From Actinomycetes bacterium (lineage in GTDB: Bacteria > Actinomycetota > Acidimicrobiia > Acidimicrobiales > CADCSY01), in the NCBI GenBank assembly GCA_031399525.1, contig JANNOZ010000016.1, positions 2,896 through 66,895 of the forward strand: a stretch of 64,000 bases of DNA. The letters run 5' to 3'. The notes beneath the pieces were generated by a model, which was not told the DNA's origin, made no database searches, and worked only from the letters and a program-made list of their open reading frames with translations. A program made the translations under genes and the position numbers. Within the stretch, counting starts at the first letter, position 1; the number at the start of each line of letters is the position of its first letter. Of the stretch, positions 18,556-28,587 are shown piece by piece.

Positions 18556-19175
18556 GCCCCCTCGACCGGGGGGCCGTTACCGGCGAGCAGAGGGGCCACC
18601 TCGGCCCACACCGCGGCAGCCACCTCGTCGGGCGGCCGACGACCGTCGACCAGCACCCAGCCGGGCTCGATGGCCAAGGCGAGGAACGCTTTGCGCACCC
18701 GTTCGTGGAACTCGACTCCGGCTGCCTCCAGACGATCGGCGGCGCCGTCGAGGCGGGATTGGGCGGTGGCGACATCGACATCCAGGTACACGACCAAATC
18801 TGCCGCCACACCGTCGACGGCGAACGCCGAGAGCTGGCGGAGCTCGTCGAGGTCGAGGCGGCGCCCGGCACCTTGGTAGGCCAGCGATGAACCGATCCAG
18901 CGGTCGGTCACGACGTGGCGACCCGCCGCCAGGGCCGGGGCCACCACCTCGGCGACGTGCTGGGCCCGGTCGGCGGCCATCAGCAGGGCCTCGGCTCGCG
19001 GGTCGAGGCCGACACTGGCCGGGTCGAGCAGGAGCTGACGAAGCTGTCCACCGAGAGTGGTGCCCCCGGGTTCACGGGTCGCCACCGCGCCGAGGCGACC
19101 AGCCAATCGCTGCGCCTGGGTGGACTTCCCGGCGCCTTCGCCTCCCTCGAAGGCGATGAGCAGCCCTCGAGTCAC
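18552..19175 (-). CDS. tmk: dTMP (thymidylate) kinase
   Basis: The GTG at 19175 overlaps the MFS gene stop (GTGA). VTRGLLIAFEGGEGAGKSTQ provides the P-loop, and DRWIGSSLAYQG is present. Confidence 0.9.
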   Translation of the reverse strand: MTRGLLIAFEGGEGAGKSTQAQRLAGRLGAVATREPGGTTLGGQLRQLLLDPASVGLDPRAEALLMAADRAQHVAEVVAPALAAGRHVVTDRWIGSSLAYQGAGRRLDLDELRQLSAFAVDGVAADLVVYLDVDVATAQSRLDGAADRLEAAGVEFHERVRKAFLALAIEPGWVLVDGRRPPDEVAAAVWAEVAPLLAGNGPPVEGA

Positions 19176-20647
19176 GCCCCGACACCGCCGGAGACCACGT
19201 CGGTCCCCGTCGGGCGCACGGCCCGCAGCGTGGTCAGGGCCAGGACGCCGGCTCCGAGGATGATCACCCCGGCCAGCCACAACGTGAGCCGAACCCCCGG
19301 GAGGGGAACCACGACCGAGCCGACGTCGATGGCGCCGCCGACGAGTCGGTTCGACAAGCGGTCGAGGCGGTTGGACAACAGCGGGCCGACGGCGAAGGAC
19401 AACAGCAGGCAGAACCGCACCAGGGTGTAGAGGCTGGCGAAGATGCGGCCCCGCATCTCGTCGGCGACGGTCTCGTGCAAGATCGTGAACCCGAGCACAT
19501 AGACGCCCCCGGCGCACACGCCGAGCACGCCGACGGCCACCAACGCCGGGGTCAGCGACGAGGTCGACGCGCCCACGATGAGGGAGGCGCCGGCGCCGAG
19601 GACCGCCCAGGTGAACGCCCGCTCCTTGCCCAGGTGCGACTGCACTGCGGAGATCGACAGCACTCCGAGGGCCACGCCCGAACCCAGCGCGGTGAGGAGC
19701 AGGCCGTAGCCGGCGCTGCCACCACCGAGCACCTCGCGGGAGAACACGGGTCCGAGCGGCACCAGCATTCCCCCGCCGATGAGTCCGGTGCCCAGGGCCA
19801 ACATGACGGCCCGGACTCGTCGGTCCGAGAACATGAAGCGCCAGCCCTCGCGCAGCTCGTCGATCGTTTGGCCCAGGTCGACCCGCCGACGGCCGGCGGA
19901 CTCCGCCGGCTCCCGAGCCGGGCTGCGGGCGATGGCAATGGTCGAGATCAGCAACGCCGATGCGAGGAAGGTGAGGACGTCGAGGTAGATGGCCAGCGAC
20001 GACTGGTCGATGCGCAGCGCATTCAACGCCGACTGATCGCTCAACGGCTCGGCCACCTTGGCCAGCGCGGCGAACACCAACGACGCCAGTGGGAAGGTGC
20101 CGTAGGCCGCGGCCAGCGACAGCGAGTTGGCGTTGGTGAGGTGGGAGGCCGGAACGATGTTGGGTACCGAGGCCTCCTTGGCCGGCGACCACAGAAGGGT
20201 CCCGATCTCGAGCAGCAGGGATGCCACCACGAGCTGCCAGATGGTGTCGATGAACGGGATGGAGAGCAGGACCACGGCCCGGGCCACGTCGCAGCCGACC
20301 ATGACCACCTTGCGGTCGATGCGGTCGACGAGCACGCCGGCCACCGGCGCCAGGAAGAAGCCGGGCACCAACCGGGCGATCATCACGACCGAGATGGCGG
20401 CCTCGGGCGACGATCCACCGACCCGGGCAGCCACGGCCACGATGGCCACGAACCCGAGCCAGTCACCGAAGGCCGACACCACCTGGGCCAGCCACAAACG
20501 GAGGAACTGGTACGAGCCGAACACCCGCAGGGTGTCACCCTCGGCCACCTCTCCGACCTTGGGGATGGTCGACGCCCCGGTGATCAACGAGACCGGCGCC
20601 TGCTCGAACCTGAGGGTGTCGTCCTCGGGGCGCGCCGTCGGAGCCAC
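19172..20647 (-). CDS. MFS transporter
   Basis: 491-aa ORF with about 12 hydrophobic segments. The N-terminal FLRLWLAQVVSAFGDWL and LAPVAGVLVDRIDRK motifs are typical of the MFS_3/EntS-like group. Confidence 0.8.
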   Translation of the reverse strand: MAPTARPEDDTLRFEQAPVSLITGASTIPKVGEVAEGDTLRVFGSYQFLRLWLAQVVSAFGDWLGFVAIVAVAARVGGSSPEAAISVVMIARLVPGFFLAPVAGVLVDRIDRKVVMVGCDVARAVVLLSIPFIDTIWQLVVASLLLEIGTLLWSPAKEASVPNIVPASHLTNANSLSLAAAYGTFPLASLVFAALAKVAEPLSDQSALNALRIDQSSLAIYLDVLTFLASALLISTIAIARSPAREPAESAGRRRVDLGQTIDELREGWRFMFSDRRVRAVMLALGTGLIGGGMLVPLGPVFSREVLGGGSAGYGLLLTALGSGVALGVLSISAVQSHLGKERAFTWAVLGAGASLIVGASTSSLTPALVAVGVLGVCAGGVYVLGFTILHETVADEMRGRIFASLYTLVRFCLLLSFAVGPLLSNRLDRLSNRLVGGAIDVGSVVVPLPGVRLTLWLAGVIILGAGVLALTTLRAVRPTGTDVVSGGVGA

Positions 20648-20718
20648 CGGCTCAGCGTACGGGAGCGGGTCGATCAGGCTCCGGACCGGCGTCGGTCACC
20701 AGCCCGCCGACCCGACGC

Positions 20719-23340
20719 TCAGGACGCCTTCTTGCGGCTTGCTCGGGGCTTCTTCGGCGCTGGTCCCCGGGCTCGCCGGTCGGCCAGCAACTCCGATGCC
20801 CGCTCGGGGGTGATCGTCTCGACGTCGTCGCCCTTGCGCAGACTGGCGTTGGTCTCGCCGTCGGTCACGTAGGGGCCGAACCGGCCCTCCTTGAGCACCA
20901 TCGCCTTCTTCGACACCGGATCGTCGCCCAGCTCGCGCAGCGGGGGGGCAGCCTGGCCCTGACCCCGACGTCGCTTGGGCTGGGCGAAGAGCGCCAGCGC
21001 CTCGTCGACGGTCACGGTGAACAGCTGCTCTTCAATCTCGAGGCTGCGGCTGTCCTTCTCCTTGGAGATGTACGGGCCATAGCGGCCGTTCTGAGCGACG
21101 ATCTCGACTCCGTCGCTGGGGTCGGCGCCGACGACCCGGGGCAGGGTCAACAGCTGGAGGGCGTCGTCGAGGGTGAGGGCCTCGAGGGTCATGGTCTTGA
21201 ACAGCGAGGCCGTGCGGGGCTTGACCGCCCCCTTGGCCTTGGGATCATCGGGCACCTCCCCCAGCTGGACGTAGGGCCCGTAGCGACCGGCTTTGGCATA
21301 GACCGTCAGGCCGCTCTCGGGATCGGTGCCCAGCTCACGGTCGCCACTCGGAGCTGCCACCAGCTCGAGGGCTCGCTCGACGGTGAGGTCGTCAGGAGCC
21401 AGGTCGTCGGGGATCGACGCCTTCTCTTCTCCCCGCTGCACGTAGGGCCCGTAGCGTCCGACCCGCACCAGCACGTCGACGCCGTCGGCGTCGGTCCCGA
21501 TGGGGATCGAGTTGACCTCGCGAGCGTCGATCTCATCGAGGTGGCCCGACACCATCTCCTTGAGCCCGGGCGACTGGTCGTCGCCGAAGTAGAAGCGGCT
21601 GAGCCAGGGCACCGACTCGGCCCGGCCACCGGCGATCTCGTCGAGATCGTCCTCCATGCGAGCGGTGAAGGCGTAGTCGACCAAGTCGGCGAAGTGCTGC
21701 TCGAGCAATGTCACCACGGCGAAGGCGGTGAAGCTCGGCACCAGGGCCGTGCCCTTCTTCCAGACGTAGCCCCGGTCCTGGATGGTTCCGATGGTCGCCG
21801 CGTAGGTCGACGGTCGGCCCACACCGAGTTCCTCGAGTCGCTTCACCAGACTGGCCTCGGTGAAGCGAGCCGGCGGCGAGGTCTCGTGGCCCTTGGCCTC
21901 GGCGGCCTCGGTGTGGATGCCGTCACCCTCGGCCAACGGGGGGAGGCGCCGTTCGGTCGCCTCGGCATCGTCGCCCTCGTCGCGATCCTCGACGTAGACC
22001 CGCTGGAATCCTGGGAAGGTCACGATCGTGCCGCTGGTCGCGAACTCGACGGCCCGACCCGACGGCGACGAGCCACCCAGGCGGACCGAGACGGTTTCGC
22101 CCACCGCGTCGGGCATCTGGGAGGCCAACGTTCGCTGCCACACCAGCTCGTAGAGCCGACCCTCGGTCGACCCGACCTCGCGGGCTACTTCCTCGGGCGT
22201 GCGGAACCGGTCGCCAGCGGGGCGGATGGCCTCGTGGGCCTCCTGGGCGTTCTTGACCTTGCTGGCGTAGACCCGGGGGGCGTCGGGGACGTACTCGGCG
22301 CCGAACCGCTCGGCGATGGTCGACCTCGCCGCGGCGATCGCAGTGTCGGACAACGTCGTCGAGTCGGTTCGCATGTAGGTGATGTAGCCGCCCTCGTAGA
22401 GGGTCTGGGCCGCCCGCATGGCCGCCGCCGAGCTGAGGCGGAGCTTGCGTCCAGCCTCCTGTTGAAGGGTGGAGGTGATGAACGGCGCAGCCGGCCGGCG
22501 CCGGTAGGGCTTGCGTTCGACCGAAGTCACGGCCAGGTCGACCCCGGCCAGCTCCTCGGCCAACGCGGTGGCCTGGACCTCGTCGAGCACCACCAGGTCG
22601 GCCTTGGCCACCACTCCGGCCTCGGTGAAGTCCTTTCCGGTCGCCAGGCGACGACCGTCGAGGGCGACCAATGTGGCGTCGAAGCCCACAGACCGGTCGG
22701 CACTGGTGGCGAAGGTGCCCTCGACGTCCCAGTAGCTGGCCCGGTGGAAGCGCATGCGCTCGCGCTCGCGCTCGACCACCAGGCGGGTGGCCACGCTCTG
22801 CACCCGGCCAGCCGACAGGCGAGGCAATACCTTCTTCCAGAGGACTGGGCTGACCTCGTAGCCGTAGAGGCGGTCGAGGATGCGCCGAGTCTCCTGGGCA
22901 TCCACCAGTCGCCGGTCGAGCTCGCGGGGCTCGGCGATCGCCGCATCGATGGCCGAGCGGGTTATCTCGTGGAACACCATCCGGCGCACCGGCACCCGAG
23001 GGTTGAGCACCTCCATCAGGTGCCAGGCGATCGACTCACCCTCGCGGTCCTCATCAGTCGCGAGGTAGACCTCGCTGGCGTCGGCCACGAGCTTCTTGAG
23101 CTTGGCGACCTGTTCCTTCTTCTCCCGGGACACCACGTAGAGCGCCTTGAAGTCGTTGTCGACGTCGACCCCCACCCGGGCCCAGGACTCGCCCTTGTAC
23201 GCGGTGGGGACGTCGGCCGCGTTGCGAGGCAGGTCGCGGATGTGCCCGATCGAGGACTCGACCACGTAGTCGTCGCCGAGGAACCCGGAGATCGTCCGGG
23301 CCTTGGCCGGCGACTCGACGATCACCAGGGGCTTGGGCAC
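20719..23340 (-). CDS. topA: DNA topoisomerase I
   Basis: 873-aa ORF with a Toprim start (MPKPLVIVESPAKARTI), the active-site region GGYITYMRTDST, and a Lys-rich C-terminal tail. Confidence 0.95.
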   Translation of the reverse strand: MPKPLVIVESPAKARTISGFLGDDYVVESSIGHIRDLPRNAADVPTAYKGESWARVGVDVDNDFKALYVVSREKKEQVAKLKKLVADASEVYLATDEDREGESIAWHLMEVLNPRVPVRRMVFHEITRSAIDAAIAEPRELDRRLVDAQETRRILDRLYGYEVSPVLWKKVLPRLSAGRVQSVATRLVVERERERMRFHRASYWDVEGTFATSADRSVGFDATLVALDGRRLATGKDFTEAGVVAKADLVVLDEVQATALAEELAGVDLAVTSVERKPYRRRPAAPFITSTLQQEAGRKLRLSSAAAMRAAQTLYEGGYITYMRTDSTTLSDTAIAAARSTIAERFGAEYVPDAPRVYASKVKNAQEAHEAIRPAGDRFRTPEEVAREVGSTEGRLYELVWQRTLASQMPDAVGETVSVRLGGSSPSGRAVEFATSGTIVTFPGFQRVYVEDRDEGDDAEATERRLPPLAEGDGIHTEAAEAKGHETSPPARFTEASLVKRLEELGVGRPSTYAATIGTIQDRGYVWKKGTALVPSFTAFAVVTLLEQHFADLVDYAFTARMEDDLDEIAGGRAESVPWLSRFYFGDDQSPGLKEMVSGHLDEIDAREVNSIPIGTDADGVDVLVRVGRYGPYVQRGEEKASIPDDLAPDDLTVERALELVAAPSGDRELGTDPESGLTVYAKAGRYGPYVQLGEVPDDPKAKGAVKPRTASLFKTMTLEALTLDDALQLLTLPRVVGADPSDGVEIVAQNGRYGPYISKEKDSRSLEIEEQLFTVTVDEALALFAQPKRRRGQGQAAPPLRELGDDPVSKKAMVLKEGRFGPYVTDGETNASLRKGDDVETITPERASELLADRRARGPAPKKPRASRKKAS

Positions 23341-23373
23341 GGGGCTACAGGCAAGGCGTCCGCCCCACCGATG

Positions 23374-24048
23374 TCAAACAGAGGCGGGCTGGGTCCGCAC
23401 GAAGACCTGGTTGGCGACAGTGGCCCCGAGGGTGCGGTCCTGACCGTCGACCCGCACCACGAGCGGCCCGTCGAAGGGGTGCTTCTCACGCACCTCGACG
23501 GTCACCCCCGGCCGCACACCGAGGGTGTCGAGGAAGGCCACCACCTCGGGATCGGTCGAGCCGGGAACGGCGACCGTGGCCACGTCGCCGGGCTCGAGCT
23601 CGTAGAGCGGGGGCATCTCGGGGATGTCGAGCGCCTCCCGAGGCGGGATGGGGAAGCCATGGGGGCACGAGTCGGGCCGGTCGAGGGCCAGGAAGAGACG
23701 GTCCTCGACCTCTTGGGGCAGCTCGTGCTCGAAGTTGGCGGCCAGGCGGTCGGCCTCGTTCCAGGCATAGCCCAACATGTCGGCCAAGAACCGCTCGACG
23801 ATGCGGTGCCGGCGGATGGCGCCAACGGCCATGGCCCGGCCGACCTGGGTCAACATGACGCCGTGGTAGGGCTCGTGGTCGAGCAATCCCCGCTCGGCCA
23901 GCTTCTTGACCGTCACCGTGACCGTCCCGGGGGCCAGGCCCAGCGCGTCGGCAATGGTGCCGGTATGGGCCTCGGGCTGGTCGCGCGTCAACCGATAGAT
24001 GGTCTTGAGCAGCTCACGCTCGGACTTGGTGATCGGGATGTCGACCAT
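23374..24048 (-). CDS. DtxR/IdeR/MntR-family metal-dependent transcriptional regulator
   Basis: The ATG at 24048 (MVDIPITKSERELLKTIYRL) gives about 224 aa. It has an HTH, the RHRIVERFL dimerisation/metal region, and a C-terminal SH3-like (FeoA-type) domain. Confidence 0.8.
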   Translation of the reverse strand: MVDIPITKSERELLKTIYRLTRDQPEAHTGTIADALGLAPGTVTVTVKKLAERGLLDHEPYHGVMLTQVGRAMAVGAIRRHRIVERFLADMLGYAWNEADRLAANFEHELPQEVEDRLFLALDRPDSCPHGFPIPPREALDIPEMPPLYELEPGDVATVAVPGSTDPEVVAFLDTLGVRPGVTVEVREKHPFDGPLVVRVDGQDRTLGATVANQVFVRTQPASV

Positions 24049-24126
24049 GGGAGGTTTCGCGTTAGTTGAAGATGGGATTCGCGTGAGGATATCCGTGGTC
24101 AGATCGATGGAAACCTCGCCGGTCAT

Positions 24127-25548
24127 TCAGGCCTCCGACCTTGGCGTCGCGGTGACGGTCCGCAGGTAGACGTAGCCCACCGCGCCGGACAGCACGCTGC
24201 CGGCGACGATGCCGATCTTGGCCGCGCCGGCCAGACCCTCGTCGGTGAACGAGATGCTGGTGATGAACAGGGCGACGGTGAAGCCGACGCCGGCGATGAT
24301 CGACACGCCGAACATGTCCTTCCACCGGGCCCCGGTGGGGATCCGGCCGACGCCGGCCCGGCACGCCAGCCAGGTGAAGCTGAACACCCCGAGCGCCTTG
24401 CCCACGAACAGCCCCAACGCCACGCCAACAGCCACCTGCGGCGCTCCGGGCTCGGACAGCGCGTCACCCGACAGCCGCACCCCGGCGTTGGCCAGGGCGA
24501 AGACCGGGACGACCAGGAAGCTGGTCCACGGGTTGAGCGTGGCCACCAGGCGTTCGAGTGGGCTCTCGCTCTCGACGGCCAAGCGGCTCACCTCCCGGAG
24601 CCGGGACTCGTTCTCCTCGAACTCACGTTGCTCGAGGACCTGGTCGTCATAGGTCCGGTCGATCCCGTCGATGAGACGCCGGGCCCGGCGACCGAAGTGT
24701 CGAGGGTCGTGAAAGGCCCAAGCCGGCGTGATGAAGCCGAAGGCCACACCGGCCAGGGTCGGCTCGACGCCGGCCCAGTCCAGGGCCAACCAGCACGCCA
24801 CGCCCAGCAAGACATAGGGGACCAGCGATCGGACGTGGGCCCGAGCCAGCAGCGAGGTCACCACCACGACGAGCACCGCGCCGGCCAGCCAGCCGAACTC
24901 GATACCGGTCGAATAGAACACGGCGATCACGAGGATGCCGCCGAGGTCGTCGGCGATGGCCAGGGTGAGCAAGAAGAGCCGAGCGGCCATCGGCACCCGC
25001 CGGCCGAGGAGGGCCAGGATCCCCACGGCGAAGGCGATGTCAGTGGCCACCGGGATACCGAAGCCCTTCTGGCCGGGCTGGCCGGCGTTGATGGCCAGGA
25101 AGATGGCCACCGGCACCAGCATCCCGCCGAGCGCTCCGATGACCGGGACCGCGGCGGCCTTGGGGTCGCGCAACTCCCCCAGAACCAGCTCACGCTTGAT
25201 CTCGAGGACCACGACGAAGAAGAAGAACGTCATGGCCACGTCGTTGACGAACTCGTGCAAGGTCCACTCGAGATGCACCAGCCCCCCGAACTGGAGGTCG
25301 ATCACCGTGGACCACAGGGCCTCGTAGCCACCCCGCCACGGCGAGTTGGCCCAGACCATGGCCACGATGGCGGCGACGAGGAGCACGGTGCCGCCCGCCG
25401 TCTCGATCCGCATGAACTGCTGGGCCGGACGGACGAAGGCCCGAGGCACGAACCGGTCCGACTGGCTCCAGGTATGGCGCAGCGGGGCGCCGTCCTCGAC
25501 TTCGGGCAGTTCGTCGTCGGGTCGCTCTTCGGGGGCGACGATGGCCAT
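24127..25548 (-). CDS. nhaA: Na+/H+ antiporter NhaA
   Basis: 473-aa polytopic ORF. ATDIAFAVGILALLG and LAIADDLGGILVIAVFY are typical NhaA signatures. Confidence 0.88.
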   Translation of the reverse strand: MAIVAPEERPDDELPEVEDGAPLRHTWSQSDRFVPRAFVRPAQQFMRIETAGGTVLLVAAIVAMVWANSPWRGGYEALWSTVIDLQFGGLVHLEWTLHEFVNDVAMTFFFFVVVLEIKRELVLGELRDPKAAAVPVIGALGGMLVPVAIFLAINAGQPGQKGFGIPVATDIAFAVGILALLGRRVPMAARLFLLTLAIADDLGGILVIAVFYSTGIEFGWLAGAVLVVVVTSLLARAHVRSLVPYVLLGVACWLALDWAGVEPTLAGVAFGFITPAWAFHDPRHFGRRARRLIDGIDRTYDDQVLEQREFEENESRLREVSRLAVESESPLERLVATLNPWTSFLVVPVFALANAGVRLSGDALSEPGAPQVAVGVALGLFVGKALGVFSFTWLACRAGVGRIPTGARWKDMFGVSIIAGVGFTVALFITSISFTDEGLAGAAKIGIVAGSVLSGAVGYVYLRTVTATPRSEA

Positions 25549-25608
25549 GGCGCCAGCCTGTCCTTGCTCGCGAACGGCTCGATGTCGGCTTTGTGAACGC
25601 TCTATGAC

Positions 25609-27906
25609 ATGGCCCGGGGCCGCCCGGCCTGGGTGTCAGCAGCCGTCGGTACGGTGACCGGGGTGGACCTCGAGTCGGTGGTGCGGGCCCGGTCGACCGA
25701 GGGCCAGCTCGTCGACCTGGCTCGTCTCCCCGCTCGCCCGGCTCGCTTCGGCCAGCTGGATCGACCCCTCCCCGACGCCATCGCCGAACGCCTCCCCGAC
25801 GGCGGCCTCTGGGCCCACCAAGCCGAGACCATCGACCTCGTGCGGGCCGGCCGCTCGGCGGTGGTCGTAACCGGCACCGCCTCGGGTAAGTCGCTGTGCT
25901 TCCAAGCCCCCATCGCCGAAGCGGTCGCTGGGTCCGACGACTCGCCGCCGGGCACCGCGCTGATGCTCTACCCCACCAAGGCACTGGCCCACGACCAGCT
26001 TCGAGCGCTCGGCCAGCTCGACTTCCCCGGGCTGGTGGCGGTGGCCTACGACGGCGACAGCAGCACCGAGGAGCGAGCGTTCGCCCGTCGGCACGCGTCG
26101 GTGCTGCTGACCAACCCCGACATGCTCCACGCTGGGATCCTTCCGGTCCACGGCCGCTTCGCCGATTTCTTGACCGGCCTGCGCTACGTGGTCATCGACG
26201 AGTTGCACACCTATCGCGGCGTGTTCGGCACCCATGTGGCCCACCTCCTGCGCCGGCTCCGGCGACTGTGCGCGGCGTACGGGTCGAGCCCGACCTTCGT
26301 GTGCTCGTCGGCCACCTTGGGCCGGGCCGGAGCGTTGGCCAGCGTCCTGTGCGGCCTGCCGGTCGAGCCCGTGACCGACGACGGGGCACCCCAGGGCGAG
26401 CGCCTCGTGGCCCTGTGGAACCCGCCACTGCTCGACACCGACACCGGCGCCCGCCGTTCGGCCCATGCCGAGACGGCATCGCTGGTCGCCGCCCTGGTGG
26501 CCAACGACCACCGGACCGTGGCCTTTTGTCGGAGCCGGCGGGCCACCGAGGTGGTGGCGGCCGCCGCCCAACGACTGGTGCCGGTCGAGCGGGCCAGCGC
26601 CATCCGTCCCTACCGGGGCGGCTACCTGGCCGAAGAGCGTCGTCAGATCGAAGACGAACTCTTCGGCGGCTCGCTCCAAGCGGTGGTGGCCACCAGCGCC
26701 CTCGAGCTGGGCATCGACGTCGGCACCCTCGACGCCTGTGTGCTCGACGGCTTCCCGGGCACGGTCGCCTCGATGTGGCAGCAGATCGGGAGGGCCGGAC
26801 GCTCGACCCGACCATCGCTGGCCGTCGTCGTGGCCGGCGCCGACCAGCTCGACCAGTGGTTCATGGCCCATCCCCACGAGTTGCTCACCCGGCCCCCCGA
26901 GCCGGTGGTGATCAACCCGGCCAATCCCGACGTGGTCGACCCCCACTTGGCGTGTGCGGCCTACGAGGCCCCGCTGACCGAAGCCGACGAGCAGTGGTGG
27001 GGCGACATCCTCGACGATGGCGTGCGCCGCCTGGTCCACGACGACGTGGTGGCGATTCGTGACGGCCGGGCCTTCTGGTCGGGACGAGGGACCCCGGCCC
27101 AACGGGTCGGTCTGCGCCGAGGGTGGGCCGAGGAGTTTGTGGTCGTCGACCCCGACGACCGCCTGATCGGCACCGTCGACGGTGCTCGAGCCTTCAGCTC
27201 GGTGCACCCCGGCGCGGTGTACCTGCACCAGGGCCGGGCCTGGAAGGTCGACCAGCTCGACCTGGCCGACCACGCGGCCCGGGTCAGTCCTACCGACGGC
27301 GACGAGTACACCCAGGTGCGCAGCGAGGTCGATATCCGCCTGCTCGAACTCGAGGCCGACGCGCCCGCAGGCCGAGCCGAGCTCTACCTCGGATCGGTCG
27401 AGGTCAGCGAGCAGGTCACCGGCTACCAGCGCCGCGACTCGACCTCGGGGGCACTCCTCGGCACCGTCGCCCTCGACCTGCCTGCGACCCGCCTGGTGAC
27501 CCGGGCCTTCTGGTGGGTGCTGGGGCCGGAGTTGCTGGCCCAGGCCGGACTGGCCGAGGGCCGCTGGCCCGGCGCGCTGCACGCGTTCGAGCACGCAGCC
27601 ATCGGCATGCTGCCCCTATTCACCATCTGTGACCGCTGGGATGTGGGCGGGGTGTCCACCCCACTCCAGGCCGATACCCGCAAGCCCACGATCGTGATCT
27701 ACGACGGCTACCCGGGCGGCGCCGGCATCGCCGAGTTGGGCTTCGCCGCCAGTGTCGGGCACCTGGCCGCCACCCGCCAGGCCATCGCCGGATGCCCGTG
27801 CCACGACGGGTGCCCGTCGTGCGTCCAGTCACCCAAGTGCGGCAACCTCAACGAGCCGCTCGACAAGGCCGGCGCCCTGGCCTTGCTCGACGCCGTATTG
27901 GGCTAG
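25609..27906 (+). CDS. DEAD/DEAH-box helicase with C-terminal DUF1998 (MrfA/Rv3649-like)
   Basis: 765-aa ORF with Walker A TGTASGKS, a DExH box VIDELHTYRG, and a C-terminal four-Cys cluster CPCHDGCPSCVQSPKCGN. Confidence 0.85.
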   Translation: MARGRPAWVSAAVGTVTGVDLESVVRARSTEGQLVDLARLPARPARFGQLDRPLPDAIAERLPDGGLWAHQAETIDLVRAGRSAVVVTGTASGKSLCFQAPIAEAVAGSDDSPPGTALMLYPTKALAHDQLRALGQLDFPGLVAVAYDGDSSTEERAFARRHASVLLTNPDMLHAGILPVHGRFADFLTGLRYVVIDELHTYRGVFGTHVAHLLRRLRRLCAAYGSSPTFVCSSATLGRAGALASVLCGLPVEPVTDDGAPQGERLVALWNPPLLDTDTGARRSAHAETASLVAALVANDHRTVAFCRSRRATEVVAAAAQRLVPVERASAIRPYRGGYLAEERRQIEDELFGGSLQAVVATSALELGIDVGTLDACVLDGFPGTVASMWQQIGRAGRSTRPSLAVVVAGADQLDQWFMAHPHELLTRPPEPVVINPANPDVVDPHLACAAYEAPLTEADEQWWGDILDDGVRRLVHDDVVAIRDGRAFWSGRGTPAQRVGLRRGWAEEFVVVDPDDRLIGTVDGARAFSSVHPGAVYLHQGRAWKVDQLDLADHAARVSPTDGDEYTQVRSEVDIRLLELEADAPAGRAELYLGSVEVSEQVTGYQRRDSTSGALLGTVALDLPATRLVTRAFWWVLGPELLAQAGLAEGRWPGALHAFEHAAIGMLPLFTICDRWDVGGVSTPLQADTRKPTIVIYDGYPGGAGIAELGFAASVGHLAATRQAIAGCPCHDGCPSCVQSPKCGNLNEPLDKAGALALLDAVLG

Positions 27907-28322
27907 TCGCCCCGATTCGGCGGAGGAGGGGCCGCCACCTCGACTCGCATGGTCACCGTGTCTTCGAGGGTGACGTCGCCCACCAGGGCACCGACCACCG
28001 GGACATCGGTGGGTGCCCGATAGCGGACCCTGACCTCGACCTGGCTGCCCTCGGCGGCCCGACCGACCACGGTGACGGTGACCCGGTCGTCGATCAGGCC
28101 GGTCGACGAACCCAGCACTGCGGCTCGCACCGATGCCGGGTCGGCACTCACCGCGGCCTGACGAGCACCGGCCCGAGCCCCGTGGGTGACGAGCAACTGG
28201 TCGCGCACGATGAGGGTGACCTGCACGAGAGCCAGGGCCAGCACGGCGAGGAGGGGCAAGACCAGCGCCACCTCCACCGCCGCCTGGCCGTGCTCTCGGG
28301 TCGGACGGGGCCCGAGCGTCAC
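27903..28322 (-). CDS. tadE: TadE-like pilus-associated protein
   Basis: 139-aa ORF. The N-terminus GQAAVEVALVLPLLAVLALALVQV is the TadE/pseudopilin-like signature. Its GTG start overlaps the stop of the flp-like gene. Confidence 0.75.
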   Translation of the reverse strand: MTLGPRPTREHGQAAVEVALVLPLLAVLALALVQVTLIVRDQLLVTHGARAGARQAAVSADPASVRAAVLGSSTGLIDDRVTVTVVGRAAEGSQVEVRVRYRAPTDVPVVGALVGDVTLEDTVTMRVEVAAPPPPNRGD

Positions 28323-28528
28323 TTGACCATGTCGATGATGCGGTCGAACACGGCGTCGAGCAGCTTGCCCAGCTTGTTGGAGTCTTTGGCCCAGGCCACC
28401 AGGAGCAGGGCCACCGCGGCCGCCCCCAAGAGGACCAGGGCGTATTCGGCCGACGTCTGACCGTCGTCGGGGCGGAGGCGACGGCTGAGCGCGAGATGGA
28501 GACGAACGGACAGTGCGAGCAACGACAT
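28319..28528 (-). CDS. Flp-like pilin / DUF4244-type small protein
   Basis: The ATG at 28528 gives a 69-aa product, MSLLALSVRLHLALSRRLRPDDGQTSAEYALVLLGAAAVALLLVAW. It has a G-x4-EY-type processing motif followed by a hydrophobic helix. Confidence 0.7.
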   Translation of the reverse strand: MSLLALSVRLHLALSRRLRPDDGQTSAEYALVLLGAAAVALLLVAWAKDSNKLGKLLDAVFDRIIDMVK

Positions 28529-28587
28529 GGATGAGCCCTTCTGGGTGACCGCCGGACGTCGACGGATCGGTGGTGGAGGCCGGCCGC

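Noticed and set aside
21541-24069. 842-aa ORF on the plus strand
   Set aside because: It is antisense to topA and the DtxR-family gene. It has no recognisable domain and its composition is typical of an antisense frame.
24049-24126. Longer start (ATG at 24126) for the DtxR-family regulator, and an 8-bp inverted repeat GAGGTTTC (24051-24058) / GAAACCTC (24110-24117) plus the palindrome GGATATCC (24087-24094)
   Set aside because: The extra 26 codons (MTGEVSIDLTTDILTRIPSSTNAKPP) lie in a lower-G+C stretch that looks intergenic, and the family length fits the 24048 start. The inverted repeat arms are about 50 nt apart, and neither element resembles a DtxR/IdeR box as I remember it. The evidence is too weak for a regulatory call.
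25636-27594. 652-aa ORF on the minus strand
   Set aside because: It is antisense to the DEAD-box/DUF1998 helicase.
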